From: Harriotta raleighana
Lineage: Eukaryota
Assembly (NCBI GenBank): GCA_050575255.1
Contig: JBNZDD010013732.1
Span: forward strand, 24,426,566 to 24,490,565
Direction: 5' to 3'
DNA: 64,000 bases
This document shows, one piece after another, positions 25,425 through 39,648 of the stretch. The notes beneath the pieces are model-generated. The model had not been told where the DNA came from and made no database searches. It saw only the letters and a program-made list of their open reading frames with translations. The position numbers and the translations under genes are program-made. Within the stretch, counting starts at the first letter, position 1. Each line of letters begins with the position of its first letter.

Positions 25425-26733
25425 GGGCGGGTGAGGGCCAAGAGAGGACAACAAAGGTGGTCCAGCCGTGGCGAACTAGAGCAGTTAGGGAAAATATCAA
25501 GTCAAAAGAAGAAGCCTATAAAACAGCCAAGATGAGTAATAAACCCGAGGATTGGGAGAACTTTAGGGAACAACAAAGGAGAAGCAAAAAATTGATCAAG
25601 AGGGAGAAAATAGAATATGAGGGCAAACTAGCAAGGAACATAAAAACAGACTAGATTAATGGGTACATATTAACATGGATAGAAGAGTGGCTAATGAGTA
25701 GAAAACAGAGTAGCTATAAACGGGTCATTCTCGAATTGGCAGGATGTAACTAGTGGAATGCCACAAGGATCATTGCTTGGGCCTCAGCTATATAGATCAA
25801 TGATCTGGATGAGGACATTGAATGTAATGTATCTAAATTCGCGGATGACACTAGATTAGGTAGGAGAGTGCACTGAGGATGATGCAAAAAGATTGCAACA
25901 AGATACAGATAGGCTAGGGGAGTGGGCAAATAGGTGGCAGATGGAATTTAATGTTGGAATGTGTGAAATTATTCACCTAGGTAGCAAAAATAAAAGAATA
26001 GATTGTTTTCTAGAAGGGGAGAGGTTAGATAGTGTTAGTATTCAAAGGGATTTGGGTGTCCTTGCACACCAGTCTCAAAAAGTTAGTTTGCAGGTGCAGC
26101 AAGCAACTAAGAAGGCGAACGGCAGGCTAGCGTTCATTTCAAGAGGTTTAGAGTATAAGAGTAGTGAAGTCTTGCTGCAACTGACTAGGGCTTTGGTGAG
26201 ACCACACCTAGAATATTGTGTGCAGTTTTGGTCTCCTTATTCAAAAAAGGACATACTTGCCTTGGAGAGGATGCAGCATAGATTCACTACATTAGTTCTT
26301 GGGATGAGGGGACTGATCTATGAGGATAGGTTGAATAAACTAGGGCTGTATTCTCTAGAGTACAGAAGAATTAAGGGGGATCTTATTGAAACATATAAAA
26401 TTCTTAAAGGGCTGGATAAAGTAGACACTGAGTGATTGTTTCCTCTGGTAGGAGAATCTATAACCAGGGGTCACAGTCTTAAAATTAAGGGTCAGCCTTT
26501 TAGAACAGAGTTGAGGAAACATTTCTTCACTCAGAGGGTAGAAGGCTGTAGATGCTCAGTCCTTGAACATTTTCAAGGCTGAGACTGATAGATTTTTATA
26601 AAAATAGAGGGATTAGGGGATATGGGGCAGGTAATTAGAATTAGGGCAGAAGATCAGCCATGATCTTATTGAATGGCGGGGCAGGCTCGAAGGGCCGAAT
26701 GGCCTACTCCTGTTCCTAATTCTTATGTTCTTA
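25425..26733 (+). mobile_element. CR1-type LINE, internally deleted, decayed RT fragment
   Basis: Encodes GMPQGSLLGP, KFADDT, WQMEFNVGMCE and LVRPHLEYCVQFWSPY with stops and frameshifts. Internal jump near 25652. CR1 3' end GGCCGAATGGCCTACTCCTGTTCCTAATTCTTATGTTC. Confidence 0.93.
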
Positions 26734-26814
26734 GAGATATAACCAATAAGACATTGACAATTTAAATCCAGCACTGACTCATCAGTTTCATAGAACTGTA
26801 GTCCTTAGAACTGT

Positions 26815-27237
26815 AGATCCTCATCCTTACCTACGAGGCCATTCACGGCCTTGCTCCCTCCTACCTCTCCGACCTATTATCCCCCTATCTACCTGCCCGT
26901 ACGCTCCATTCCTCTGGCTCTGGTCTGCTCCACATCCTCTGCCCTAACCGTCCTACCATCGGCGGTCGGGCTTTCAGCCACTCAGCCCCCAGGCTCTGGA
27001 ACTCCATTTCCCAGTGCCTTCGCCTCACTTCCTCCCTTTCCTCTTTCAAGGCCGGTCTCAAGACCTTTCTCTTCGACTGTGCCTTCAGCTCCCCTCTCAA
27101 CTCTCTACCTCTTCCTCGCTCCCTCCCTCCCCTCGCCCTGATCATTTCCCCCTGCTCGGGTCCTAAACCAACTGTCCAGTGCCTTGGGACGTCCTCCCGA
27201 TGTGAAACTCGCTCTATAAATGCAATCTTGTTGTTGT
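26815..27237 (+). mobile_element. L2-type LINE 3' fragment
   Basis: LAPSYLSDLL...GGRAFSHSAPRLWNSI-type ORF2 end and a (TTG)n tail. Confidence 0.85.
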
Positions 27238-27254
27238 AGTCTTCGTCAACCAAC

Positions 27255-27409
27255 CTGCTGTTTGAGACTCTAATTGTGTTGTAGGTCTCTTCCTTGGCGT
27301 GAGCACTGGCTGAATCGTCAGAATACCCGGAGCTGAATTTGCTTGACTAGCTTTAGGTCTTTGGCGAGGTGCTATTGAGGTCTCTGTAGTGGGTATTGGA
27401 TCTGTAAGC
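27255..27409 (-). CDS. AAK1: AAK1 exon 10
   Basis: 155 nt, phase 2-1. Encodes [51 protein letters not shown]. Confidence 0.93.
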
Positions 27410-27553
27410 CTAAGAAAGATTTACCACAGGTGAATTTGGAGTACAGTTAAATTGCTACATTAATATTTATGCTTAAAATAAACCATATTAGATAAAATCT
27501 CAAGAAGTTCTGCAATAAAAATGGATTACAATATAAACTAGTGATAGCTTTAC

Positions 27554-27633
27554 CTGGCTCTTGATTGGATTTTTTTAGCAGCAACTTCACTAGCTTTTAT
27601 TGGTACTGGCATTTTCACTGGAATTGGAGCATT
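27554..27633 (-). CDS. AAK1: AAK1 exon 9
   Basis: 80 nt, phase 0-2. Encodes NAPIPVKMPVPIKASEVAAKKIQSRAR. Confidence 0.92.
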
Positions 27634-28787
27634 CTGGAAAACAAAAGTACATTTTAAACAAGGAAAGGACAGATTGACTTTGTAACCAACCCATGGATAA
27701 ATCAGAGAATTAAGATCTTATAATGAGGTAAACAAGAGCCAGATTGATTTCAGTGTATAAAAGTGGAACGAATCAACCGGTTTACCACTCCTAAAATGTA
27801 AAGTAAAAAACTGCATAAGTTTAGAACTGCAAATATTAATGTCTTCTTCTCCTAAATGAAATGGACTTCATTTGCTTAAACTGTCTTTTTTGAGTTAATC
27901 CAACCCGCTTGACGTCACCAAACACCAGATTCATTTATTGGATTACGTACTTGCTCAGCTCCTTAAAGGAGAGCGACAGATCATATTTTTATATCAGAAT
28001 GTGCAGAGAAGGGATATACACACAGTAATATTAATCTAAGGGATAGTATTCTCCAATTCTAGTTTTTACATATACCTTAAATTTTAATTCACTGATGTTT
28101 CAAGTCAAGTCAGCCCAAAATACAAATTAATTTTGGAAACAAAATCTGTGAAATTTTCAGATTCCGGAAATGTTACAGTAAGCTTGCATATCAAAGAACT
28201 GATGCATTTTTAGACCTTCATGGTTTCAATAGCTCTCTAAAGATTCATTGTATCTAATTTTCTCAACTAGAATCTCTGCTAGTCATCTTTCACGCACGGG
28301 AAATCTCATGAACAGAATCATATTACATTTTATATAATTTGTGTGTGTATGACCTACATAGCTGTCACACAACTTTATATTATAGACACTGAGAGCTCAC
28401 TGCTTAACATGCAAGATGCATCTTGTTAAGTCTAATAATGTCTGGAAAGATTTTTGAACACAGCCTAATCATGCTGAAATATTTAAAAGTACATCATGAA
28501 TAATTGCTGTCAAGTGAAGTGACTATTCTTCGACGAATATAACAGTTATTCACACCAGCAACAAGCTATTAACAATTTTGAAGTGAATAATCGATTAATC
28601 TGGAGGATTACTGCCAGGAGATTTGGAGAAACTCCCTTCTTTTTGAATAGCACGTAGGATCTCTAATATCCACCTGAACAGGACTTTAATTTGATGTCAG
28701 ATCCCTACAATAATGTAACAATCCCCCCCAATATACAATGAGATATCTGCCTAGATGGTGAGCTCAATGTCCCAACATGGGTCTTCA

Positions 28788-29199
<412 letters not shown>

Positions 29200-29310
29200 C
29201 TAAGAGAGTTAAAACAAAACAGGTTTCAAGGATCAGCTGCTTGGCAACTTCATTTCTCAGTCAGCTCAGACAGTTCTGAGAAATCAATTGCAAGAGTAAA
29301 TGTGATATCA

Positions 29311-29487
<177 letters not shown>

Positions 29488-29880
29488 CTACAATTTTGTT
29501 GCTGTCTATACAGTAAGTTAGGCACCAAATTATGGCAGATTAAAACAAAAAAAAAGTTAACAGTTCTAAAAGGGCATTAAAACAGCTTCTATAGAAACAA
29601 TGAATGAAATAGTCTCATTCCTGGCAGACACACAACAGAATTGGCAAATTATGTCCCCATTCCCACCAATCAGGATGCTTGTGTTCAGCCAGGAATGTGA
29701 AATAAACCTTGCATGGTCACCTCAACAAGACCAAAAGGTAAAACAGCAGTCCCATAGCCAGATAGAAGCCCCAAATTCCTCCTACGTTCCATTAGAGCAC
29801 AGTCACATTCAGTTACAGTTACATTGGAGCTCTGTCTCACATTTTCCCAGTAACCACTGTAAATATTTTGTCCTTAGGGA

Positions 29881-30860
29881 AAAAACACACCAAATACTGC
29901 AGATGCTGGGAGTCTGAAAAAAACAGGGGGAAACTCAGCAAGTCAGGCAGCATCGATGGAGAAAGGAAAAGTGAGTTATTGTTTTGGGTCCACGACTCTT
30001 CGTCAGAACTGGGGAGTGTTTTAGAGGGAGAGGTTTTTAAGGACATTAGAGTGGGGGGGGGGGGAGGGTGAAGGCAGGACATGGAAGACATAGGAGACAA
30101 AGAAGACAAAAGAAAGGAGTGTGAAAACTGATGGGTTGAAAATGTGATAACGATGTATAGAAATAAAAAGGAGGGTAGGTTTCAATGAAACTGGGGAGAA
30201 GAGGTGTTTACTGGTGACAGAACAGACAGAAGGCAGGAGGTGTCTGGAGTTATAATTGTGACAACAACAACAACAACAAAATTACACTTATAGAGCGCGT
30301 TTCACGTCAGGAGGACGTCCCAAGGCGCTGGACAGATTGGTTCAGGACCCGAGCAAGGGAAAATGTTCAGGGCGAGGGGGGGGAAGGGTGGGAGCAAGNN
30401 NNNNNNNNNNNNNNNNNNNNNNNNNNNNNNNNNNNNNNNNNNNNNNNNNNNNNNGGGGGGGAAGGGTGGGAGCAAGGAGGGGGTAGAGACTTGAGAGGGG
30501 AGGGGTTGCTCTTATGGTCTGAAGTGGCTAAAATCGATGTTGCAGATAGATTACCACTAAACACCTCTTCTCCCCAGTTTTGTTGAAACCTACCCCCCTT
30601 TTTGTTTCTATACATCGTTATCACATTTTCAACCTGTCAGTTTTCACACTCCTTTTCCTTTGTCTTCTTTGACTCGTGTCTTCCATTTCCTGCCTTCCCC
30701 ACCCCCCTCCCCCCCCACCAATGTCCTTAAAAACCTCTCCCTCTAAAACACTCCCCAGTTCTGACAAAGGGTCATGGACCCAAAACATTGACTCACTTTC
30801 CTTTCTCCATGGATGCTGCCTGACTTGCTGTGTTTCCCCAGCAACTTCTGTGTTTTTTTC
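29881..30860. mobile_element. Inverted pair of Penelope-like terminal repeats with an L2 fragment and an assembly gap between them
   Basis: About 29915-30216 (-) is the reverse complement of about 30553-30860 (+). Each arm carries a CpG-decayed CTGACGA...GAAAC motif. An L2 tail lies at about 30258-30400. Confidence 0.8.
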
Positions 30861-31559
30861 TTGTCCTTAAGGCCTCAGTTCACTCTGAGCTACCTCATTG
30901 GTGTTCAGAATCAGAGGTTTAATTGAGGGGAATGAGAAACAATGTGAACTCCAAAAGAAATGATCGATAAGTATCACTCCTCCCTACAGCAACATAGTAT
31001 TACCAGCATGGTTCTTCCCTTGCTGGGAATGCTTGTACTTTTTGAAAAACAAGGCAGCCATGGGATTTCCTGAACATTGTGTTCACAAACACTTAACCTC
31101 ACCCTGGATGGTTATATCACACTGATGAAATCACTGACAGCTGTGTCCCAGTGTAGCTTGTGTCCCTTCAAAAGCATTCACCATCCCAAATGTATGTGTT
31201 TTCAGCACTCTTAGACTATGGAGAACAATCATAATTGGTGAATATCAGTATTAAAATTAGAGAAATTGTGAGGCTAGCACAGCATGTTAGCCACAATGCA
31301 GCCCATTTAACAGCATTAATAACTAATTTGATATTCAGCCCAAACAAATTATGAATCATTGGAAGTTTATAGCAAACAACACATCCTACCTGTGCTGCTG
31401 CCAGTGCTCCTACCAAGAGGCATTTATAAAATCAAAATCCATTGTTTTTTTCTCATAACCTCAATATTCATTAGAAATAAATTTCTTGTTATTTATCCAA
31501 TCCCCTTTTAAATGCAGTTATGGACTTGGCTTCAACAACCATTTGTGGCAAAATATTCA

Positions 31560-31754
<195 letters not shown>

Positions 31755-31788
31755 TTAAAACACTGAATTGATAACGCTGAAATAATCA

Positions 31789-32010
<222 letters not shown>

Positions 32011-32524
32011 TCATTGCCTGAAGCAGAATCAAGATAAAAAATAGGAAGTTTTTAAAAAAAAGTTTCTTCCTTCCCAAAAGACCACTACCACATTCCTCTT
32101 TCCAGAAGGGGCTAACTGAAAATGACACAGTTCTGGTAACATACACAAACTGATTTTTCTTCATGTTTAAGGTATGCAGGGAGTGGGAAACAAAGAAAGT
32201 GTAAACGGAACGTTCAAAGCAATTTACAGGTAATAATCCATTATTATTTACTACACTCCTGTTGTGCCTTCTGTTCTAATTGTTGACAAAGATATTCAAA
32301 GGAAACAAACAAAAGAATGTGACCAGTCTTAAGAAACAAAATGTTATTCAGTAAGTCTCATGCTTGATTGTGGGTTAGTCCAATATATAAAGGACAATAA
32401 TACCCACAAATAGAACCTGAATGACAATCCAACAAAAACTGCACAAAAGATCTGATTCAGATAAGACCTCACTCATGTAACCAAACCAGCCAGGGTGTGG
32501 CTAAGAATATTAAAAAAAACCTCA

Positions 32525-32983
<459 letters not shown>

Positions 32984-33386
32984 TTATTGAAACCATTCTG
33001 AATGCTTCCTGGTATAATTTTTATTTGTAATTTTCAAACCCACACTGAAACTGTGTTTTCATCCCAGAAATTAAGATCTTTCACAAATACCACACTATGT
33101 TGTAACACCGCAGATTACAGCTCATAGGCGGTAACAAGTTGATCATGTCATAATATGAAAGACAAACAGAACATTGTTTTTAAAAGTGTCTGTACACATC
33201 AAAATGTTTCAGAAGCATAATGCGCAAAATAACTGTCAAATGTAGAAACTATATGTTGACACAAGGCAGCAATGTACCAGAAACAATCACAGACATGGTT
33301 GCCCAGCTCAGCACATTCCCTTCTCTTTTGAGATAGCATCTCGGGCGTAATCTCCAAATGGAATTCCCTTGGGTTGGTGTGAAGTA

Positions 33387-34081
33387 CAGGCAGTCCTCTA
33401 GCTACGACGTTTCGAGGTACGACAATTCGAAGTTACGACACTTAAAATCAGTAAAATTACGTCCGAGTTACATCCAAGTTCTCGAAGTTACGACACTACT
33501 ATGTAAATACTTTAGTTGCCCCACGCGCGATAGAAAACTGGAGTCGCCGCTCTCAACACTTACGGGACCACGATACGCGTTCAGGAACAGGATGGAGGCG
33601 AAACGCGAGTGTGTACTGTACAGATACTGTGCGAGTCTGTGAGCTCGGCGGGACAGTACTCTCCAGCCTTTAGATTGCGCTACGTCACGTGTGATCTGCG
33701 TTGCGCTACGTCACACGTGATCTGCGTTGCGCTACGTCACATGTGATCTCCTGCGTTGCGCTATGTCGCATGTGATCTGCGTTGCGCTACATCGCGTGTG
33801 ATCTCCTGTGTTGCGCTACGTCGCGTGTGATCTCCTGTGTTGCGCTACATCGAGTGCCAGACTCACAATGAAGCCATGTAAGTACATAGTAATATTTTAT
33901 TTTATTTACAGTACTGTACATATTAGGAGGGGTGCAGGGGAGAGAGGGCAGCTCACTATACACTACAACCAATCACTGTATGTTACTGTAAGCATTATAG
34001 GGGGGTGACTCGACTTACATACAAATTCGACTTACACCAAATTGTAGGAACCTAACCCTGACGTAACTTGAGGACTGCCTG
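33387..34081. mobile_element. Tigger-like non-autonomous DNA transposon
   Basis: TIRs CAGGCAGTCCTCTAGCTACG...CGTAACTTGAGGACTGCCTG with TA TSDs. Confidence 0.85.
33675..33853. repeat. Minisatellite, about 23-26-bp unit, about 7 copies
   Basis: Unit TTGCGCTACGTCRCGTGTGATCT(CCT)GYG, located inside the Tigger-like element. Confidence 0.9.
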
Positions 34082-34111
34082 TACATCTTGTTACCTATAG
34101 AATGCAATAGA

Positions 34112-34790
34112 ATAATAATCCTTGCATTTGATATAGTGCTTTTCACATCTTCTGGTCATCTCAAAGTGCTTCACAGGAAACAGTATAGTGAATTGACTGT
34201 ATATTTGTGGACAAAATACAGCTCCCAATTATGCACAGCAGTGTCCCACAAACAGTCGTGGATTCAGTGACCAACCACAACAACAAAATTACATTTGTAT
34301 TGTGCCTTTCATGTCAGGAAGACGTTCCAAGGCGCTGGACAGTTACTGCTTCAGACCCAGCTGAGGATGGGGGGGGAAAGAGTTGCCAATGGGTCCATCG
34401 AAGAGGAGAGTCTTGAGGCGAGACTTGAAGGAGTCCAAGGAAGGGATGAGGTGGAGGGACTTTGGGATGGAGTTCCAGAGGTTCGGGGCAGAATGACTGA
34501 AGGCTAACCCGCCAATGGTTGGGCGGGTGGGTCGGGGAGTAGGCCAATGCCTGCTGCACAGAGGGGGTGGGCAGGTTGGTAAGGCGATAGGAGGTCACGG
34601 ATGTAGGTTGGGACAAGGTTGTGAGGACCAGGATCTTGAATTGGATCCTCTGGATGACAGGGAGCCAATGGAATCGGGCAAGGATGGCGGAGATGGGGGT
34701 CACAGAGTTTGGAACTGTAGAGGACATGGGGCGCAGAGTTCTAGATTATCTGCAGCCTGTAGAGAGAGGAATTGGGAAGCCCGATCAGCA
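34112..34790 (-). mobile_element. SINE 3' half (34112-34275) abutted by an L2 fragment (34276-34790)
   Basis: SINE tail AATAATCCTTGCATTTGATATAGTGC. The L2 part translates TPISAILARFHWLPVIQRIQFKILVL. Confidence 0.8.
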
Positions 34791-35505
34791 AGGCAAATTA
34801 TTATTGGATTTTAATATTTATAAATTATGTGAGATCTGCTGCATTTGAGATCAAATATTGTCAAAAGTCGCTAAATATAGTAGCGAGATCATTTATCTCC
34901 CAGGTTTATTCCCTTTAAAATCAAGCAGGATGTCAGCTTTGAATTAACTAAGCAATAACCAAATGCTGCCAGAAATAATTTAATATTTTACTGTAAGATG
35001 ATTAAACACCTGAATACTGATTACCTTGATGCCCATTAACTTGTTAATACACGTTTCCAAATTATGTTGGATATAAAATAATTTAATGCATTGTTGTTTT
35101 TAATCAGAGTGGAGCCAAATTTATTTGCTTAAAGCAACATACAATGTAACTAGATTTTTGTTCAAGCATACAAAGTGAATAATAACATGTTTCAAATGAA
35201 GCCTTTGACTCACATTTAGATATCGATTAGCCTGCTGAAAATTTTAGCTTTTTTCAGTGTTGCATATCTTTTGCATTTAACTTGTAATTTAAATTTGTTT
35301 ATTTTAACAATCTTGTTCTGTGTAGGTCTATTCATCTACATAATCTTAAAAAATATTCAACATTTCTAGTAGGAAGGGGTGTGGAGCGTTTTCAGGCATT
35401 GATCTTTCCTAATATGAGCACCCACATTGTTACATTAAATGATTTGAGAAGACGAGATTTAATGTTACTGAGTGATACTTCGAAGCACATCTTAGAATCC
35501 TAGTA

Positions 35506-37122
35506 CAGTAAAACCTCGTTCATAGAATCATAGAAGGTTACGGCACAGAAGGAGGCCATTCGGCCCATCGAGTCTGTGCCGGCTCTTTGACAAGAGCAAT
35601 GTCACTTTTATTGACCCCAATCACCAGCTTTCTTCTCCCCATAACCCTGCAAACCCGTTTTCCCCAGATACCTATCTAGTTCTCTCTTAACAGCTGCTAT
35701 CGAATTGGACCTCATAACCCTTTCAGGTAGATTATTCCAAATTCGAACAACTCGCTGAATGAAAAAATTTATTCTAACCTCCCCTCTGCTTCTTTTNGTA
35801 GATATCTTAAGACTGTGACCACGGGTCACAGACACACCTACCAGCGGAAACAGCTTTTCCCTATCTAGCCTGTCAAAACCTTTCATGATCTTGAAGACCT
35901 CTATTAGGTCCCTGCGTAACATTCTCTGCTCCAATGGGAAAAGTCCTAACTTTTCCAGCCTGTCCTCACTGCTAAGATTCCCCATTCCTGGAATCAATCT
36001 CGCGAATCGCCTCTGCACCCTTTCCAGTGCCTTAATGTCCTTCCTGAAGTAAGGTGCCCAGAACTGGATGCAGTACTCCAGCTGAGGCCTAACCAGTGTT
36101 TTGTATAAATTAACCATAACTTCCCTACTCTTAAACTCTATGCCCCTACTAATAAAGCTCAGTACACCAAATGCCTTTTTACTGCCTTATCTACCTGCGC
36201 TGCTACCTTTAATGATTCGCTTACTTGAACACCCAGATCTCTCTGTATGTTCACCCCCCTTAAGATTGAGCTACCAAGATTACATTGCCTCCTATCATTT
36301 TTCCTACCTAAGTGTATCACCTCACACTTATCCACATTGAAATCCATCTGGCACATGTCAGTCCATTCCACCATTCTGTATATGTCTGCTTTTTGTTGGT
36401 TACAGTCCTCCTCACTATTTATCACCCTACCTAACTTTGTATCATCTGCAAACTTGGAAATAGTGCTCTCTATGCCCAAGTCCAGATCATTAATAAATAT
36501 TAGAAAGAGCAGTGGTCCCAATACCGATCCCTGGGGGACACCGCTGCACATCTCCTTCCAGTTTGAGAAACACCTATTAACCACCACCCTCTGCTTTCTG
36601 TCACTCAGCCAGTTCTTAATCCAAACTGCCACNNNNNNNNNNCGACCCCCCCCCCCGAGCGTGCCAGATAAACAAGGTTTTACTGTATTTTAAAACATAC
36701 CATGTTAATAATGTGGAGCTCCTGTGGCTTAGTGGTTAGAGCATTTGCCTTACAAGCATGAGACCTGTGTTCGAATCCAGGCAGATCAGGGCGAAACCTT
36801 GGGCAAGTTTTGTTACTCCACATGCCTAATAATAATCCCTCCAAAAAAAAATAATTCAAATATTCTGTGAGTGCGTAAATTTACCAAGTGCGCATGCGCA
36901 CGCATTGCACGTATGTGCAAGGTGAGCAAACTCGCGATTCTGGAATGGGGAATTGTCCCAGGAGGGGGTCGAGCAATTGAATCGAATCACGGATAAACAA
37001 GGTTTTACTGTAAGTTAATTTTTAATGTTGGGTTTTCAGCGACTTGTCTTCCATTTATCCGGCAGAGTCAATTAATTTGCCACCCCCCTACCCCAGGGTG
37101 CCGGATAAACAAGGTTTTACTG
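35506..37122. mobile_element. Compound Tigger-like MITE cluster hosting a CR1 and a SINE head
   Basis: Left TIR start CAGTAAAACCTCGTT at 35506. Three GATAAACAAGGTTTTACTG-TA ends at 36685, 37010 and 37122. SINE tRNA head at about 36713-36855. Confidence 0.8.
35521..36632 (-). mobile_element. CR1-type LINE 3' portion (RT C-terminal half)
   Basis: ORFs 36159-36632 (GVPQGSVLGP, KFADDTK) and 35608-36117 (LVRPQLEYCIQFWAPY) are separated by a frameshift. CR1 tail GATTCTATG at 35521. Confidence 0.93.
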
Positions 37123-37779
37123 TATACTGTGTAAAAGGATACCTTTGTATTCCGGTAATATCAGGTCTTGAATGTTTTAATTACCTTATTCAAATCAAAT
37201 GACAGAAGTCAAAACAGAGGGTTATAAATGATAAAACATTCATTACATTCATTCTTATATATTTATACAGTATTCAGCTTACTTTGAAAAATTTGGAATT
37301 GCTCCAATCCTAAAGCGATTAATTTTTAAAATTTGTTTAACTTGATATTTTATTGTGATTTAATTTGGAGCATGATTCAAATGTCTAGCTCCAATTTGGG
37401 GGGATTTTTCTTAGTGTATTGCATGAATATAATACAAGCAAAGGCACACTATTTGCAATTCACTAACCAGTTCAAGTTGATACTTGTAGGATATCCAGTC
37501 TGATTTTCAGTTGATAAATCCCATCATTTAAATTTTGTCATCATACATCACCTGCTTATGAAATTCTTGTTGCATAAGTAGAATAAATGACTCCTCTACT
37601 TCCAGGACAAAATGTATGATACATGGTGCAATATTGCAACCAGACCACATGTGCCAGCAACCTTTATTGTCAAGCTTCTTTATTGTCTTTCTTCAAGCTG
37701 TGGCACACAAATGTCACTTCAAGACTAACTTGTGTTGTTGACATCAGCCAAACTGCCTTGCTTACCTAATTTCCATATA

Positions 37780-38263
37780 CAGTAAAAGCCCGTTTATGCG
37801 GCACCCAACCAACCGGAACGCTCAACCAACCAGTACCTCCCAATTCAATTCACCATTCAAGCAACCAGATCTCATACCGGAGCCATCTGGCACACTCTCA
37901 GTGGCGCATTCAGTTGTCTCACAAGAGTATAGAGTACAAGAAGTTCTGAATGCTGCTGGTAGTGGCTTAAAGTGGCACTGCCGTTTTTGCCTCTTAAACC
38001 GATAGTGCCGCTTTAATCCACTACCGTCCGCCATTGGAGAAGTTTGCTTTGTGATTGTGTGCTGTGTTTATAGACTGTAATCAATATTTGTTGCTCTATT
38101 GGTAAGTATGCATTAAATATTCTGTTATTATTTATATGGTATGTTTAAAAAAAGTTAATTTTTTGTGTTGGATTTTCGGCAACTTGCCGGCTAAATATCC
38201 GGCATATTCAACTAACCGGCACAGGTCAGGTCCTGAGGGTGCCAGATACGCGGGCTTTGACTG
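37780..38263. mobile_element. Tigger/pogo-like MITE
   Basis: TIRs CAGTAAAAGCCCGTTTATGCGGCAC...GTGCCAGATACGCGGGCTTTGACTG with TA flanks. Confidence 0.82.
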
Positions 38264-39648
38264 TATTTAAATCCAGGGCAGGAGCTTTTAAACGAAAGAA
38301 ACAGGATGAAATGAAGTTCTATAATTCTGCAGAAAGCTGACATATCTGGACCATATAAGGGGATATCTGAAGGCAAGAATACTCTGAGAATTGATAAAGA
38401 GCATGAAACCAAGGTTTGTGGCATCTTTAATCAGGTAATTATAACATTTTTCACCTCCCAACCCTTGGTACACAAAACCTCAAGCAGTAAAAATTTCCTT
38501 TTTCGTTTAACCAGATTTCTCGCTTTTCACTCCGAATATTAAGAATATGAGAATGTACAAATTTGCTAGACTAAAGGCCAAGGTTCATCTATGGACCTCC
38601 ACTGGTATCACATTCCTCTTTACTTTATTAATAATATTAGTTTCCTTATCTCCCACCAATGGAGTTAGACCTATTATTCTTTGGTTTATTTTTCCATTTG
38701 TATAGTTTAAGGTTTCCCCGAATCGATTTGGGTGCTCTCTTACCACACCATCCCTGCATCTAGTTGAAACAAATATATACTCCTTTGTTAAAAATTAAAA
38801 CTTCTCGTTTTTAATATATAATCAGCTGAAGCTTTCAAATGCTGCATGTTTTCTGTTATCTTAAGTATCATCCACAAGAGCTTCAAGCTTAAATGTTTAG
38901 AGATGCCTCTTTTCTGCAACATTAAAAATGGTACAGATTTGTTCCACTTTACAAACTAAACCATATCTTCTTTGCTCAGTACTTGGGTTATCTGTGATAT
39001 TGAAAGTCAATAATTAAAATCTGGTTCCCATTTTGTGCCTGTGATTAAATTTGAAACCAATCTGCAGAAACACAATACTTCACAGTAATCAGCGATTTAG
39101 AATTAATTCTCTTGTGATTTATCACATGCAAATTGTCTAGGTATCCTCACGAAATATATCATTGGTTCTATTAGTGCATTTATCCAAATGTAACCACAAA
39201 GAAATCATAAAAATTAGGTTATTTCTGTGACTCTTATGACTATTGTTTATAAGATTCTAAAGAGACTAGATGATGTAACTATGACAAACTGTTTTAAATT
39301 GTCCAGAACAGTAGAACCAGAGGACATGGCCTGCACTTGGAGGATGGGTAAATACAAAACTAATCAGCAGAAATATTAGTTCAGTAAACGACCGGTAAAT
39401 CTATGGAACAGGATCCTGAGGAAGACAATGGAAGCAGAAAGTGTGGTTTTATTCAAATGCCACTTAGATAAATTTCAGAAAATAATATCATGGGACAGTA
39501 TCTAAATAATTTGCACCATGACATCCGGCGTATTCTTGGGAAACACAAAGAGCTTTGGACCTATGGTTTCCAAAGCTTTCCATCACTGGTAGGATATCCC
39601 TGCCTTATGCCCGAGTCTGTTATAATAATAATCCTTCCATTTGATATA

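Noticed and set aside
33675-33853. CRISPR-like periodic repeat
   Set aside because: No unique spacers, eukaryotic intron context and no cas genes; it is a minisatellite.
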